From: the human T2T-CHM13v2.0 reference genome, Homo sapiens
Direction: 5' to 3' (one strand)
Length of the DNA: 64,000 nucleotides
NCBI RefSeq assembly: GCF_009914755.1
Contig: NC_060939.1
Positions 32,801-53,712 of this stretch are shown piece after piece; position 1 is the stretch's first letter, and each line of letters starts with the position of its first letter. The notes below the pieces were generated by a model that was not told the DNA's origin, did no database searches, and saw nothing but the letters and a program-made list of their open reading frames with translations. Position numbers and translations under genes: made by a program.

Positions 32801-35800
32801 TTGCTATATATTAGTTGTACTAATCAGTTGTTCTCTACTTCTTAAAAACAATTCTTTATTAATTTTATACATTGTGAAAGCATAAAATTTTATACAAAGT
32901 TTATAACTTGTCTTCACTTTAAGGTGTCTTTTATTTTTAATATTCATATAGTGAAATATATTCATCTTTTTTATACTGAAAAGTCTTACATATTCAAACC
33001 ATTTCTCCAGATCAAAATCCAAAATATTTTATAATATCTTTTGTGAAGTGTCTTTTCAAATGTTTTGCCCATTATCTATTAAATTTTTTTATTTTTTGTT
33101 TTTAAATTTTGTGAATACATAGGTATATATATTTATGGGGTACATAAGATATATAATACTTTGATAGGAATGCAATGTGTAAATCACATCATGTTAAATG
33201 GGGCATCCATCCCCTCAAGCATTTATCCTTTTTGTTACAAAAAATACAATTACACTCTTTTAGTTATTTTAAAATGTACAATTTAATTATTATTGACTAT
33301 AGTTGCCCTGCTGTGCTTTCAAATACTAGGTCTTATTCATTCTTTCTAACATGTTTTTGTGCCCGTTAACCATCCCCACTTCCCCCACCACTGCTCTAAT
33401 ACTCATTGCACCCTCTGGTAACCATCCTTCTACTCTCTATCTCCATGAGTTAAATTGTTTTAATTTTTAGCTCCTACAAATAAGTGAGAATATGTGAAGT
33501 TTGTCTTTCTGTGCCTAGCTTATTGCACTTAACATAATGACCTCCAGTTCCATCCATGTTGTCGCAAATTACAGAATCTAATTCTGTTTTATGGCTAAAT
33601 AGTATTCCATTGTGAATATGTACCACATTTTCTTTATCCATTCATCTATTAACAGACACTTAGGCTGCTTCCAAATCTTGGCTATTGTGAACAGTGCAGC
33701 AACAAACATGGGAGTGCAGCTATCTCTATGATGTATCTCTTCGGGTAGATGTGCAGCAGTGGGACTGCTGGATTATGGTAGTTCTATTTGTAGTTTTTTG
33801 AGGAACCTCCGAACTATTCTCCATAGCAATTGTACTAATTTGCATTCCCACCAACAGTGTGTGGCGGTTTCCTTTTCCCCACATCCTCACCAGCGTTTGT
33901 TATTGCCTGTCTTTTGGATAAAAGTCATTTTTACTGGGGTGAGACGGTATCTCACTGTAATTTTTATTTGCATTTCTCCAAGGATCAATGATGTTGAGCA
34001 CCTTTTCATATGCCTGTTTGCCATTTGTATGTCTTCTTTTAGGAAATGTCTATTCAGATCTTTTGCCCATTTTTTAATCAGATTAGATTTTTTTCTATAG
34101 AGTTATTTCAGCTCCTTATATATTCTGGTTATTAATCCCTTGTCAGACAAGTAGTGTGCAAATATTTTCTCCCATTCTATGGGTTGTCTCCCCACTTTGT
34201 TAATCGTATCCTTTGCTGAGCCGCAGCTTTTAACTTGATGTGATCCCATTTGTCCATTTTTGCTTTGGTTGCCTGTGCTTATGGGGTTTTACTCAAGAAA
34301 TTTTTGTCCACATGAAAGTGGGGAGTTTCTTCAACGTTTTCTTGCAGCAGTCTCACAGTGGAGCACTTAAATTTAAGTCTTAATTCATTTTGATTTGATT
34401 TTTGTATACGGTGAGAAATAGAGGTCTAGTTTCATTCCTCTGCATACGGATATCCAGTTTTCCCAGCACCATTTATTGAAGAGATTGTCTTTACCCCAAT
34501 GGATGTTTTTGGCACCATTGTAAAAAATGCACTGTAGGTGTATCAATTTGTTTCTGAGGTCTCTATTCTGTTCCATGGGTCTACGTGTCTGTTTTCATGC
34601 CAGTACCATGTTGTTTGGTTACTATAGCGCTACAGTATAATCTGAAGTCAGGTAATATGATTCCTCCAATTTTGTTCTTTTTCCTCAGGATAGCATTGGT
34701 TATTCTGAGTTTCTTCTGGTTCCATAAAACATTTCAAATGGCTTTTTCTATTTCTGTGAAGAATGACAATGGCATTTTGGTAGCAATTGCATTGCCTTTT
34801 GTAATTATGGACATTTTAACAACACTGATTCTTCCGATATACGAACATAGAATATCTTTCCATTTTTTTCTGTCTTCTTCGATTTCTTTCACAGTGTTTT
34901 ATACTTTTCATTGTAGAGATCTTTTACTTCTTTGGTTAATTCCTAGGTATGTAATTTTATTTGTGGCTACTGCAAATGGGATTGCTTCTCTTTTTCAGAC
35001 TGTTTGTTGCTGGAAACAACAGTAGAAATGCTACTGATTTTTGTACGTTGATTTTGTATCCTGCAACTTTACTGTATTTGTTTATCAGTTCTAATAGTTT
35101 TTTGGTGGAGTCTATGGGTTTTTCCAAATATAAGATTATATCATCTGCAAACAAGGATATTTTGACTTCTTTGTTTCCAATTTGGGTGCACTTTATTTCT
35201 CTCACTTCTCTGATTGCTCTAGCTAGGACCTCCAGTACTATGTTGAGTAACAGTGCTGAAAGAAGGCATCCTTCTTGTGTTCCCAATCTTAGAAAAAAGG
35301 CTTTCAGGTTTTGCCCATTCAGTATGATACTAGCTATGGATTCACTGTACATTACTTTTATTATGTTGAGATACGTACCTTCTATACGCAATTTTTTGAG
35401 CATTTTTATCAGGAAAGGATTTTGAATTTTATCAACTGCTTTTTCAGCATCAATTGAAATTATCGTATAAGTTTTGTCCTTCATTCCATTATGATGTATC
35501 ACACTGACTGATTTGCATACGTTGAACCATTCTTGCATCCCTGGGATAAATACCACTTAGTCATGATGAATGATCTTTTTAATGAATTGCTAAATTCAGT
35601 TTGCTAGTATTTTGTTGATAATTTTTCTACCAATATGCATGAGACATAATGGCCTGTCATTTTCTTTTTTTGCTGCCTTTATCTGCTTTTGGTATCAGAG
35701 TAATACTGGCCTCCTAGAATGAGTTTGAAGTTTTCCCTCCTCCTCTATTTTTTGGAATAGTTTCAGTACAATTGGTATTAGTTATATTGTAAATATTTGG

Positions 35801-36372
35801 TAGAATTCAACAGTGAAGCCACTGGGTCCCAGACTTTTCTTTACTGGAAGACTTTTTATTACAGCTTCAATTTCATTACTTGTTATTGGTCTGTTCAGGT
35901 TTTGAACATCATGGTTCAATCTTGGTAGGTTGTATGTGTCTAAGAATGTATCCATTTTCTCTACATTTTGCAATTTATTGGCATATAGTTGCTCAAAGTA
36001 CCCACTAATGATCCTTTGAATTTCATCTATACCACTTGTGATGTCTCCTTTTTCATCTCTGATTTTATTTATTTAGGTCTTTTTTTTTTCTTAGTCTGGC
36101 TAAAGGTTTGTCAATTTTGTTTACGATTTCAAAAAACAACTTTTTGTTTCTTTGATCTTTTATACTGTCTTCATTTCTATTTCATTTACTTCTGCTCTTA
36201 TCTTTATTATTATTTCTTTTCTTCTACTAATTTCGGGTTTGGTTTGCTCTTGCAAAATGCATTGTTAGTGCATTTATTTGAAGTTTTCTTTCTGGATGCA
36301 GGCATTTATAGCTATATAAACTTTCCTCTTAGTACTGCTTTTACTGTATCCTACGCGTTGTGTTATGTTGTG

Positions 36373-36667
36373 TTTTCTTTGTTTTTGAGACAGCGTCTCC
36401 TTCTGTTGCCCAGGCTGCAGTAAAGTGGCACAATCTTTCTCACCACAACCTCCTCCTCCTGGGTTCAAGCAATCCTCCTGCCTCAGCCTCCCAAGGACCT
36501 GGGACTACAGGCATGCACCACCACACCTGGCTAATTTTTAAACTGTTTGCAAAGAAAAGGTCTTACTATAGACCCCAGGCTGGTCTCAAACTCCTGGGCT
36601 CAAATGATCATTCCACATCAGCTTCCTAAAGTGCTGGAATTACAGACATGAGCCACCACTCCTAGCC
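36373..36667 (-). mobile_element. AluJ inside L1MA
   Basis: Diverged reverse dimer; TSD gttgtgttt. Confidence 0.85.
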
Positions 36668-37183
36668 AGTAAGTTGTGTTTCCATTATCGTTTGTTTCAA
36701 GAAATTTTCCAATTTTCTTTTTAATTTTTTCACTCACCTATCGGTCATTCAGGAGCATATTGTTTACTTTCCATGTGATTGTATAGTTTCAAAGACTCCT
36801 TTTGTTATTGATTTCTAGTTTTATTCAAGTGTAGTCAGAGAAGATACCTGATATTATTTCAATTTTTTGAATGTTTGAAGACTTGTTTTACAACCAAACA
36901 TATGGTCTATTCTTGAGAATGATCCAGGTGCTGAGGAGAAAAAAATGTGTATTCTGCAGCCATTGGAAGAAATGGTCTATAAATACCTGTTAGGTCCATT
37001 TGTTCTATACTGCAGATTAAGTCTGATGTTTCTTTGTTGATTTTCTGTCTGGAAGGTCTATCCATTGCTGAAAGTGGGGTATTGAAGTCTCCAGCTATTA
37101 CTGTATTGAAGTCTATCTCTCTCTCTTTAGCTCTAATAATATTTGCTTTATATATCTGGGTGTTCCAGTGTTGGGTGCATATA

Positions 37184-37594
37184 CGTATTAGGCCATTTTT
37201 GCGTTGTTATAAAGAAATAACTGAGACTGAGTAATTTATCAAGAAAAGAGTTTTAATTGGCTCATCGTTCTGCAGGCTTTACAGGAAGCATGGTGCTGGC
37301 ATCCGCTTGGCTTCTAGAGAGGTCTCAGGAAGCTTATAAGCATGGGCAGAAGGTGAAGGGGGAGCAGGCACATGACATGCTGGAAGCAGGAGCAAGCAAG
37401 AGTGTCTGTGGGGGAAGATGCCACACACTTCTAAACCACCAAATCTCATGAGAACTCACTATCACAAAAACAGCACCAAGCCATGGGGGATCTGCCCCCA
37501 TGATCCAAACAACTCCCACCAGGTCCCACCTCCAGCACTGAGGATTACAATTCAACAGAAGGTTTGGGCTGAGACAAATATCCAAACTATATTA
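37184..37594 (-). mobile_element. MSTA-like solo LTR inside L1MA
   Basis: gtattaggccatt...atccaaactata termini; 5-bp TSD atata. Confidence 0.85.
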
Positions 37595-37641
37595 ATATAT
37601 ATTTACAGTTGTTAAATCCTCTTGCTGAACTGATCCCTTTG

Positions 37642-38035
<394 letters not shown>

Positions 38036-39849
38036 CCCTTTATAATTATATAGTGACTATCTTTGTCTCTTACAGTTTTTGTCCTGAAATCTATTTTGAC
38101 TGATACAAGTATAGCTACTCCTGCTCTTCTGGTTTCCGCTGGGATGGAATATCTTTTTCCACCATTTTATTTTCAGTCTATGTGTATCTTTACAGGTAAA
38201 ATGTGTTTCTTGTATGCAATAGATCATTGGATCTTCGGGGTTTTTTAATCCATTTAGCTACTCTATGTCTTTTGATTAGAGACTTTGGTCCACTGACATT
38301 CAATGTTATTACTGATAAGTAAGGACTTACTCCTGCCACTTTGTTTTTTTGTTTTCTGGTTGTTTTGCGGCCTTCTCTTCCTTCTTTCCTTCCTGACTTC
38401 CCTCTAGTGAAGCTGATTTTCTCCGGTGGTATGATTTAATTTCTTGCTTTTTATTTTTTGTGTATCTATCATATGTTTTTTGATTTGAAGTTACCATGAG
38501 GCTTGCAAATACTACCTTACAATCCTTATTTTAAACTGATGACAACAGTGATTGCATAATTATAGAAGCAAAAAGAAGACTAATAAAAACTTTACACTTT
38601 AACTTTGTCCCCCTGCTTTTTAACTTTGTTTCTATTCATGCCTTATTGTAGTGTCTATATCCTGAAGAGTTATTTTTTATCAGTTCATCATTTAGTCTTT
38701 CTACTCAAGATATGAGTAATTTATATACCATAATCACAGATACACAATATTCTGTGTACTTATTATTACCAATGAGTTTTGTACCATCATATAATTTCTT
38801 ATTGCTCATTCACATCCTTTTCTTTCTGACTGAAGAACTCTATTTAGCACTTCTTGTAGGACAAGTCTGGTGTTGATGAAATCCATCTGTTTTTGTTTCT
38901 CTGGGAAAGTTTTTATTTCTCCTTCGTGTTTGAAGGCTATTTCCCTGAATATACTGCTATAGGATAAAAAATTTTTTCCTTCAGCACTTTAAACATGTCA
39001 TGCCACTCTCTCCTGGCCTGTAAAATTTCTATTGAAAAGTCTTCTGCCAAATTTATCAGAGCTCCATTGTAGGTTATTTGTTTCTTTTTTCTTGCTGCTT
39101 TTAGGATCTTTTCTTTATGGCCTTTGCTGGTTTGATTATTAAATGCCTTGAGTTAGTCTTCATTGGGTTAAATACGCTTGGTGCTTCATAACCTTCTTAC
39201 ACTTGAATGTTGATATCTTTTTCTAGGTTTGAGAAGTTCTCTGGTATTATCACTTTGAATAAACTTTTTACCCCTATCTCTTTCTCTACCTCCTCTTTAA
39301 GGACATAATTCTTATGTTTGCCCTTTTGAGGCTATTTCCTAGATATTATAGGTGTTCTTCATTCTTTTAGAGTATTCCTTTTCTGTCTCCTCTGACTTTA
39401 CATTTTCAAATAGCCTGTCTTCAAGCTCACTAATTCTTCTGTTTTATCAATTCTGTTACTAAGAGACTCTGATGCACTCTTCAGTATGTCAAGTGCATTT
39501 TTCAACTCTAGAATTTCTGCTTGATTCTTTTTAATTATTTCAATGTTTTTTAAATTTATCTGATAGTATTCCGAATTCCTTCTCTGTGTTATCATGAATT
39601 TCTTTGAGTTTCCTCAAAACAGCTATTTTTAATTCTCTATCTGAAAGGTCACCTATCTCTGGATCCATTCTCCAGGATTTGTCCCCAGTGCCTTATTTAG
39701 TTTCTTTGGTGAAGTCATGTTTTCCTGGATGGTCTGGACGCTTGTGGATGTTGGTTCACGTCTGGGCATTGAAGAGTTACGTATTCACTGTAGTCCTCAC
39801 AGTCTGGGCTTATTTGTGCCTGTCCTTCTTGGAAAGGCTTTCCAGGTGC

Positions 39850-45920
<6,071 letters not shown>

Positions 45921-47085
45921 ACAGTCTATAATCTCAACCCCTCTATCCAAATTGCCAATACATTAGTACAGGCCACTATCACTTCTCAACTGAATAACTA
46001 CAACAACTTCTCATTAGTCTCCTAAAATCTACTCTTAAACTCTACCCTCATGTTAAAAATTCTTTACTGATCTTTCTGTCTCCTTGGCCTTTGTATGTAC
46101 TGTTCCTCCTGCTTGGAATAGTCTTTCCATATCCTCATGGCTAACCTAACTCCTACTTATTCTTAAGGTCTGATTATTGCCTTCAAATACTTATAAGGCT
46201 AGATTAGCTATTCCTCTTGTGTGTAGAATATCATCCTATACTTAACCCTCTCCTACTACTCTAAATTGTTTCTCTGTGTCTCCAATTAAACGATAACCTT
46301 TTGAGAATAGCCTTCATCTTAATCTCCACATATTCCCAGAACTTTCCACAGTCTCTGACATATGGCAGAAGATCAATATGTACTTCTTCAATACATATAA
46401 GAATAAAATCTCACTTAACACTAGAAAGACCCACCTGAAACAGAATTGTTTATGCCATTTTACAGATCAAAGAATAGATCTGAATACAAATATTCATGGC
46501 TCAAGAAACATAACTCTACCATACTACTTTTAGAAAGGATGTCCAAAATATATGATAAATGTTTTATCATAAAAGAAAAAATGTTTTCTCATTTTGAACT
46601 TATGTTTTGAATAACTATAACCTGTCACCTATGACTAAAGAAAAAGGAAGGGAAAAAAATAATTAAAATACGAAAAGTCCTGAGATTTTTATTAACATGA
46701 CCAACCAGATTGTCTGCTGACACACAACGTTCAGTGTTAAAAATGAGGAATACCTTGGCAAACCAAGGCAAGTGGTCACTCTAATTTTAATGCTAATAAA
46801 AATATTTACATTTATATAAAACATTTGTTTTCTTTTATAACAAAACATGTAAAGGATAGTATATTTTAGACTTGTAATGTCTTTTGGGTCACATATATTT
46901 GTATTCAAACCTCAGTCCTATCTCTTTATTATTGGCACGTTACCTGGCCTCTTTGAGCATTAAAAAACATTCCCCACAGTGGTGTTAAGTCTTTCAGAAA
47001 TCCTAGAACATATATTTTAAATGTAGATATACATCCTCAAATTCATTTCCATTTCCTAAATGCAAGCTAGTGTTAAAATCCTTAC

Positions 47086-47186
47086 CTGTGTTACTTCCTC
47101 TACACCAGTCATCTGGTATTTCCTCATTCTTTCAAATACTGAATGATCTGCACAGCCCCCCTGAGGACCGTATTTATGGGGATAGT
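47086..47186 (-). CDS. ADAM10: ADAM10 coding exon 5 (101 nt; cysteine-switch region)
   Basis: (N)[33 protein letters not shown]; ttttag|AC and CAG|gtaagg. Q170 (CAG, 47161-47163) and R181 (AGA, 47128-47130) are in the reference state. Confidence 0.97.
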
Positions 47187-48210
47187 CTAAAATACAAAGA
47201 AGAAACGTCATTACTATCACACATTTAGGTATAACCAATTATAAATGAGAATTACAAGTAAAAATTTAACTGTCTTAACTAATGAAAACCATAAATGCTT
47301 ATTAAGCACCTATGGAAAAGGCATTATGCTAGGCATTTTAATGCTAAAACCTAGCAGGTTCCTAAGCTCTCCCTCAATAAAAACCACTGGTCTTTAGCTT
47401 TTTGTCATATAGATGATTTGTGAATTCTAAAAAAGGGCAATAACCACTCATTATTCTGACCCTATCACCAATATATTGCATTCGGCTGTCACCAAGAGAA
47501 TATCTATGTTTCTGGACCATCATCTGGCAGGGGTCAAGAGAATCCTTCTGCAGTATTCCTGAGCTCCATCAGGAGGACTCTAGCAAATATAAAAGAGAAC
47601 CCCAAAACTCTTCCTACTCTTGGGAAGATACTCCCCACCCCTCATTTCACAAAACACAACTATCTACCACTTTCTCCCTTAGGACCATTAAGACTATTCT
47701 CATAGTAGCTCAGTTTTACAGTTACGTGACTGTATCACTGACTACCCCAACTTATTACAGGCATTTGTTGTCACCCAAGTCATTACTGCCCTTATTTCCT
47801 TATTTTTAGATCCTGACTTACTGTCAGTCTCTCTGACACCACCTCATCATCATGACTGATGACATCATTCATCATTCATTCATCATCATTCATCATTCAT
47901 GACGATGATCCTTCCACTACACTCAGTTCTTTTCTCCAATGATTTTTTCCTACCTCAGTTTCTCATTTCCATAGTTACTCTTCTGAACTTGTCACTATTG
48001 ATAACTGAAAGCACTTCATAATCTCAACTTCTAGTATTCTACTTTCTTTCCACCACTTATCTTTTCAGCACATTCCCTCTAGGTTCCATCAACCCTTTAA
48101 CATCAGTGAGACCCTTTAATCCACCAATGCTACCACCTTATTGTCTATCACCAGATATTCTTTCTCTTCCTTATTCAGTTTAAATCCCACAGTCAATTAT
48201 TATTATAATT

Positions 48211-48290
48211 ACACCACTGCATTCACCATCAACTCCCTTGTGCTCCACCCCAACGCCCCTGAAGGGAGTTGATGGTGAATGCAGTGGTGT
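48211..48290. repeat. Perfect 29-bp inverted repeat with a 22-nt spacer
   Basis: acaccactgcattcaccatcaactccctt (48211-48239) is the exact reverse complement of 48262-48290. Confidence 0.97.
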
Positions 48291-51200
48291 CTTACTTACT
48301 TCAGAAGTGTAACTATGAAAGAGAGAAGCTCCTCCTGAAGCTGAATGAGGCTAAAGAAAAACTAGTAATTCCAGTCTCATTCAAAAGTCATGATCTATAA
48401 CCTCAAGCAGTTCCTTAATGCCAGCTAGCAACTGAATTTCCAGAGTCTATTCTCAATTTCATTCACCTAGTTAACACCAGGCAGTCCTTGCTTTGCCACA
48501 CCAGTAAGTGCCAGTCATAAAACTGACCATGCAAGCTGAAACTATGCAAAATGATCTTAATAATCAATGGGGAAAAAATTACAACTGTTCTGTGACCTTT
48601 AAAATCTTTCGTCAAAACCCTAAAACTCACTTACCATTGGTTATTAATGTATAGGGGAACAAAAAAAAACATTTATTTAGTACATTGTTACTTAAAACAT
48701 TGGGATTTTAAAAGAATTAGTGTTTTATTTCTTCGCAAACTGAATTTTATATATCACGAATTAAAAATATAAATTCCTTTTGAAAGCTTGAAACTTAGGG
48801 TAAAAAAAATTTCCAAATATTTCCAAAGCAACAAAACAGTATTTATATATGCTTCAAATTCTGTCAGCACAAAACTCTCCCAATAGAAAGGGTCAAGCAT
48901 GCAATTTTTCCCATATACTTTCAAAATTTCTAAAAGATGCTGTTTTCCTTGGACACCACATTAACTATAAAAATGGACAATGACATTTTCCCTCTAAAAT
49001 TACTAACAATATAATCCTCATTTCTAGAAAAAGCCTTTGTTCAACTAATGAATAAGCCCTCATTGAGATGCTAAATCATAGGATGCACTGTAGTTCCCCT
49101 GAAAAGGCCAAACAGCATATTCTTTCACAAACAATGAGTCATGGGTGTAGAATATTCGGCCTATTTAAAACAAAGATCAGCTTTAGATCTATTGCCTTTC
49201 TTCCAGTTCCTCTGCCAGCCTCTTGCTTTTGTTTTGTTGTTCAAGACACAAATATAAATAGTACATATATTGTGACTCTAACTCAAGCAGGAAATAGCTC
49301 TAGTTAACTCTCAATCATCCACTCTTTCAAGGAGGAATATTTACAGTTCAGATTCTCTGTCAACAGAACTAGGCATAAAATACTCACTTTTTGCACCCTC
49401 ACTACCTCCAACAGGGTACCCCTCAGCCTTATGTGACTAGCAGCTCAGAAACTTAACTGCAAACATCCAAGGCCTTGGCTATGAGATGACCCTCTAATAG
49501 TCAAAACTGGATGGTAATCCCTCCAATAATATGCCATGAATCACCAAAGCCAATTTTTAAAAATCTGCATTAATTGAATTTAAAATAGAATGACTTCTAT
49601 AGAATAATATTATTATGCATAAAAATTATTTTTGTTAGTATCCAGAGTATCATGAGGTGGGGGCCTTGTCCATGAAAATCGTCATTTATTCCCAAAGTTG
49701 CCTACATCAACAAGGATTCACTGATGGAGAGTAGAAGAAAGGATAGGCTTTTTTTTTTTTCTTTTGAGAAGAAATGAAAAGTTTGGAGACAGGAAAGAAC
49801 TCCAAATGTTCTTCCTCCTAATTCCAGTGGATGGGAGGCCGTTTCTCCCGGGTACCAATTCTCATGTCTTCCCAATCCCCATGTCTAATTTCTGTTTTGG
49901 GAGGGTAAGTGGGCATAAGAAAAGCACAGAGTGATTGTCCCTAGAAAGAGGAGGAAGTTGAAAATGACCCCACTTTCCACAAGCACTCACAACACTGATC
50001 TCTCTGGAAACAGAGATGAGGAAGAGGGCCAGACATGTCCCTTCTCACCCCATGGGTTTTAGAAAGAAAGGGTTACTATTGGCAGCCAAAGGATAATGGG
50101 AGTCAGGTCAACCAGAGAAATGTTGCTTTATTATTCTGATCAATGACAAACAGAATTACTAGACTCTAAAGTGTTTAAGGCAGAACCTTTGCCCTATTCA
50201 TTATTGTATGGATAGTTTCTAAAAGTGTCTTGTACAGATTAGGCACTCAAAAAATGTTTATTAACAAATTAATCAGTTGTTAAACCTGTAAAACTTACAA
50301 CTGACACTTGGAATGAAAACTTGTAACATACTAACTTTAAGTGACCATTATTTACGTGTATTTGACTTGGGACTATACAGCTATACACAGGGGTGAATGG
50401 GTGACTAGGCCAAAGAACATGCGAATCTCTTTTCCTTTCTTTAGTTCCCAAGCTGTGACAACTGAAAAGAAATATTGTTGCAGCCAGAGTAATAGGGCTG
50501 AGGCTTCTCCTGTGATCACAGATTCTCTCCTCTAGCAATCAAAAGTCTACCCCTTATCTTCAAGGTTCAAGTCAAATTCCACCTCCCCAGGGAAGTCTTC
50601 CTAAATCTCCCTAAAGCTCCCTCACTGAGGTAGTATGCACTACCCCAGGGCTTTGATAACATTTTTGTTATAGCATTTACCACATTTTGACTCTCTATTA
50701 CTGAAAATTCCCCTGAAGGTTTTTAATCTTCAGGGGAAATTTTAAAATTCTCTTTCCTGTATATTCACAAACCAATAAATACTTGTTGAATTTAATTTTT
50801 CAGCCAGTATGTGGTTTCTATGCCTCTTTTCAAAGGTCATCCATTAACCAAAGACCTATAAACTGCTGGCTCCCATAACCTCCTTTTAGCCTTCATTCCA
50901 CCTACAATAAAGAGGAATTGTCTAACACTTTAAATTGTTTCTACGGCAAAGTGTGTTCTAAATTCCTAACTGCTTTACAGATTGACTATAACATACAGAA
51001 CATTCAAAATTAACAGCTGTGTACACATAAATCTCCTAATCATATGTCAATGTTATTTTTAACTGCATTAATTTATTAAGCAAACAATTAAGAAAAATTA
51101 TTATATACCAAACAAAGGGATACAAAAATAAATGACATAGAACATGCACTCTCAAGAGCTGTCAGTCTAGCTGAGGTGTCTGACATGTAAACAAGCATGG

Positions 51201-52689
51201 CATTTAAGTACCAACTTCCCAAGTGTTAAGGTCTCCCGGCAATCATCCACAGTTTATTAAACACTGGTTGAATTTAATTTACTCATCCAGTCAACAGCTG
51301 GTTTCCTTCCATGCCTCTCAAAGGTCAGTCATATGATCAATGACCAGTAAACCACTGGATTCAAAAGATAGGGAAGACTTATCAACACATAAACAGCAGT
51401 AAAGAGAGGATACCCAGAACTGTGAGGTCAGGAAAAAATTCTAGGAGATTACACCTAAGTTGTATTATCAGCTTGGAGGAGAGAGAATGTACATGCTGTA
51501 TATGCTACTAGCTTAAATTAAAATTCTTTGGGTATTTTGCTTGTCTTGTTTCCAAATGCCCCCTCTCTAGAGCTCAGGCAACAGAGCAAGATTTTTTGGT
51601 CCTTAGTAGTTATTTCATCCCCTTGCCTCTTCAAAATTTATCTTCTCTTTAATCGACCAATACTTGATGAGTTAATATTAAAAACCTTAATTTTGTCTGT
51701 AATAACCCAACCAAAATGTCCATTAACAGGCAAATGTATTAACAAATCATGGTATCCACACAACAGACTACTATTTATCAACAAAAAGTTATTAACTTTT
51801 AATACATACAACATGGACGAATCCCAAACTATTTATGCTGAGTTAAAGCCAGACTTTCTTAAAGAGTACATAATGTATAATTGTGCTTATATAACATTTC
51901 AGAAAGTGCAAACTAACCTAGAGATTAGTGCAAGAGGGTAGCGGGGAGTAGAGGAGAGAAGAATTACACTGAAAGCTTTTGGGGGTGATGGGCATGTTTA
52001 TTATCTTAAATGCTATGATAGTTTCACAGACATAAACATATGTCAAAAGTTATCAATATTATAAACTTTATATATAAGCAGTTTATTGCTATCAATTTTT
52101 CCTCAATTAAGCTGTTAAAAGAGTAATACTGACTACAGAGATGTGACACTCAAAGGCAATGTGTAGACCCTGATTAAATCCTGTATTAAAAAAAAAAAAA
52201 TAGGAGACATTTTTGTGAAGTAATTGGGGAAGTGTGTCCACAGACTATACATGAAGGTATTATTAAGTCAATATTTAATTTATAGGTGTAAGAGTATAAA
52301 TCTGTGTAACCTTTTTAAAGAGATATCTGGCAATATGTATCAAAATGCAAATGTCTGACAATGCTACTTCTAGGAAATTAATCTTAAGGAAATAACCATA
52401 AAAATATTGAGGGGAGAAAATATGTGCAAGAATGTTACCTGTTGCAATTTTTAACAGTAAAAAAGAGGAAACAATCTATACATCCATTAGTTGGCAGGCT
52501 GGTAAATAATACATTTATCAAGGAAACAGCAGAATTTTATGTAGCCATTTAAAGGAAAAATGTAGAGCTATGTTTATTGACACAGAAAGAGATCTAAGAT
52601 ATAACTGTACATGAAATTTAAAATGGTATATGAGATCTGAAGGGCTATTCATAAAAATGTTAATGGTGGTGGACACATTTCATCTTAAT

Positions 52690-52753
52690 ATACTTAATTT
52701 ACATACAAGAATACTTAATTTACTTAAGAAAAATACTTAATTTACATACAAGA
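52690..52753. repeat. 21-22 bp tandem repeat, 3 copies
   Basis: atacttaatttacatacaaga at 52690 and 52733, with a variant copy at 52711. Confidence 0.88.
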
Positions 52754-53580
52754 ATAGCCATTTTATATAGTCATTTCCCAATCAGCACAAAAATATTTTT
52801 ATTTTTACTTTTTATTTGTCAGCCATGATCAATCAAGATATTTCCAACTTTAAAGGAAAAGTAGTTTAGAACCATTAACTTTTAGAAGAGATAAGAGATA
52901 TTAGCACCATGATCTAACACCCTCATTTTATACCTGAAGAAAATGAGACCAAGAAAAAGTACATTACCTGTATAAGGTTATAAAGCTATTCTAACATATC
53001 ACCTTGATTTCATTTCTAACTCTTTTCATATATATGCCATGCCTCAGTTCTTTGACATATTACCTCTTGTGCCTTCTCCCTACCATGTACCAAGACCACT
53101 AACTTGTATGATCTTGAGCAAACAAATTAAACCAAAAAACAGTTTTAACTAGTAGATCTACAAGCTTGCCTATAAAAAATGATTCTAAGAAGTCTCTAGA
53201 AGCTAAAACCAGTAAAATCCACATCTATAAATTCTAGACTTTTATGTTCAAATATAAATACAAGATAGCAAGACTGCTTATGGAGATTATCTAATCCCCC
53301 AATTTATAAATCATGAACAGAATATAACATGTCTTTAATAAACCAGATCTCACAATGCCTCTTTAGAAGCAGCTTTTTAGAGGGCCAGAGTCCTGGACCA
53401 ATGTCCTCAGGCACTCTTATAAGGTCACTGGTACAAACATAAATCTATGAATTATGCTATCAGAGATGTGAAAGGCTGAGGTTTAGCTCCGAGTATCTCT
53501 AGGACATACACGCACACATACTCCTAAATGCTATTTCTTCTAGTTTTTCTGTAACTCATCACTTATAAGAGTTGAGCCTT

Positions 53581-53712
53581 GGCCAGGCATGGTGGCTCAC
53601 ACCTGTCATCTTAGCACTTTAGGAGTCCGCGGCAGGAGGATGACTTGAGCTCAAGAGCTCGAGACCAGCCTGGCAACACAGTGAGACCTCGTCTCTATTA
53701 ATAAATATATAT
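53581..53712 (+). mobile_element. Alu left monomer (FLAM-like)
   Basis: Single monomer; TSD about ag(t)tgagcct. Confidence 0.8.

Noticed and set aside
34957-35556. Longest ORF in the window (199 aa) with reverse-transcriptase motifs
   Set aside because: Decayed L1 ORF2 fragment flanked by stops and frameshifts; not a gene or a novel RT system.
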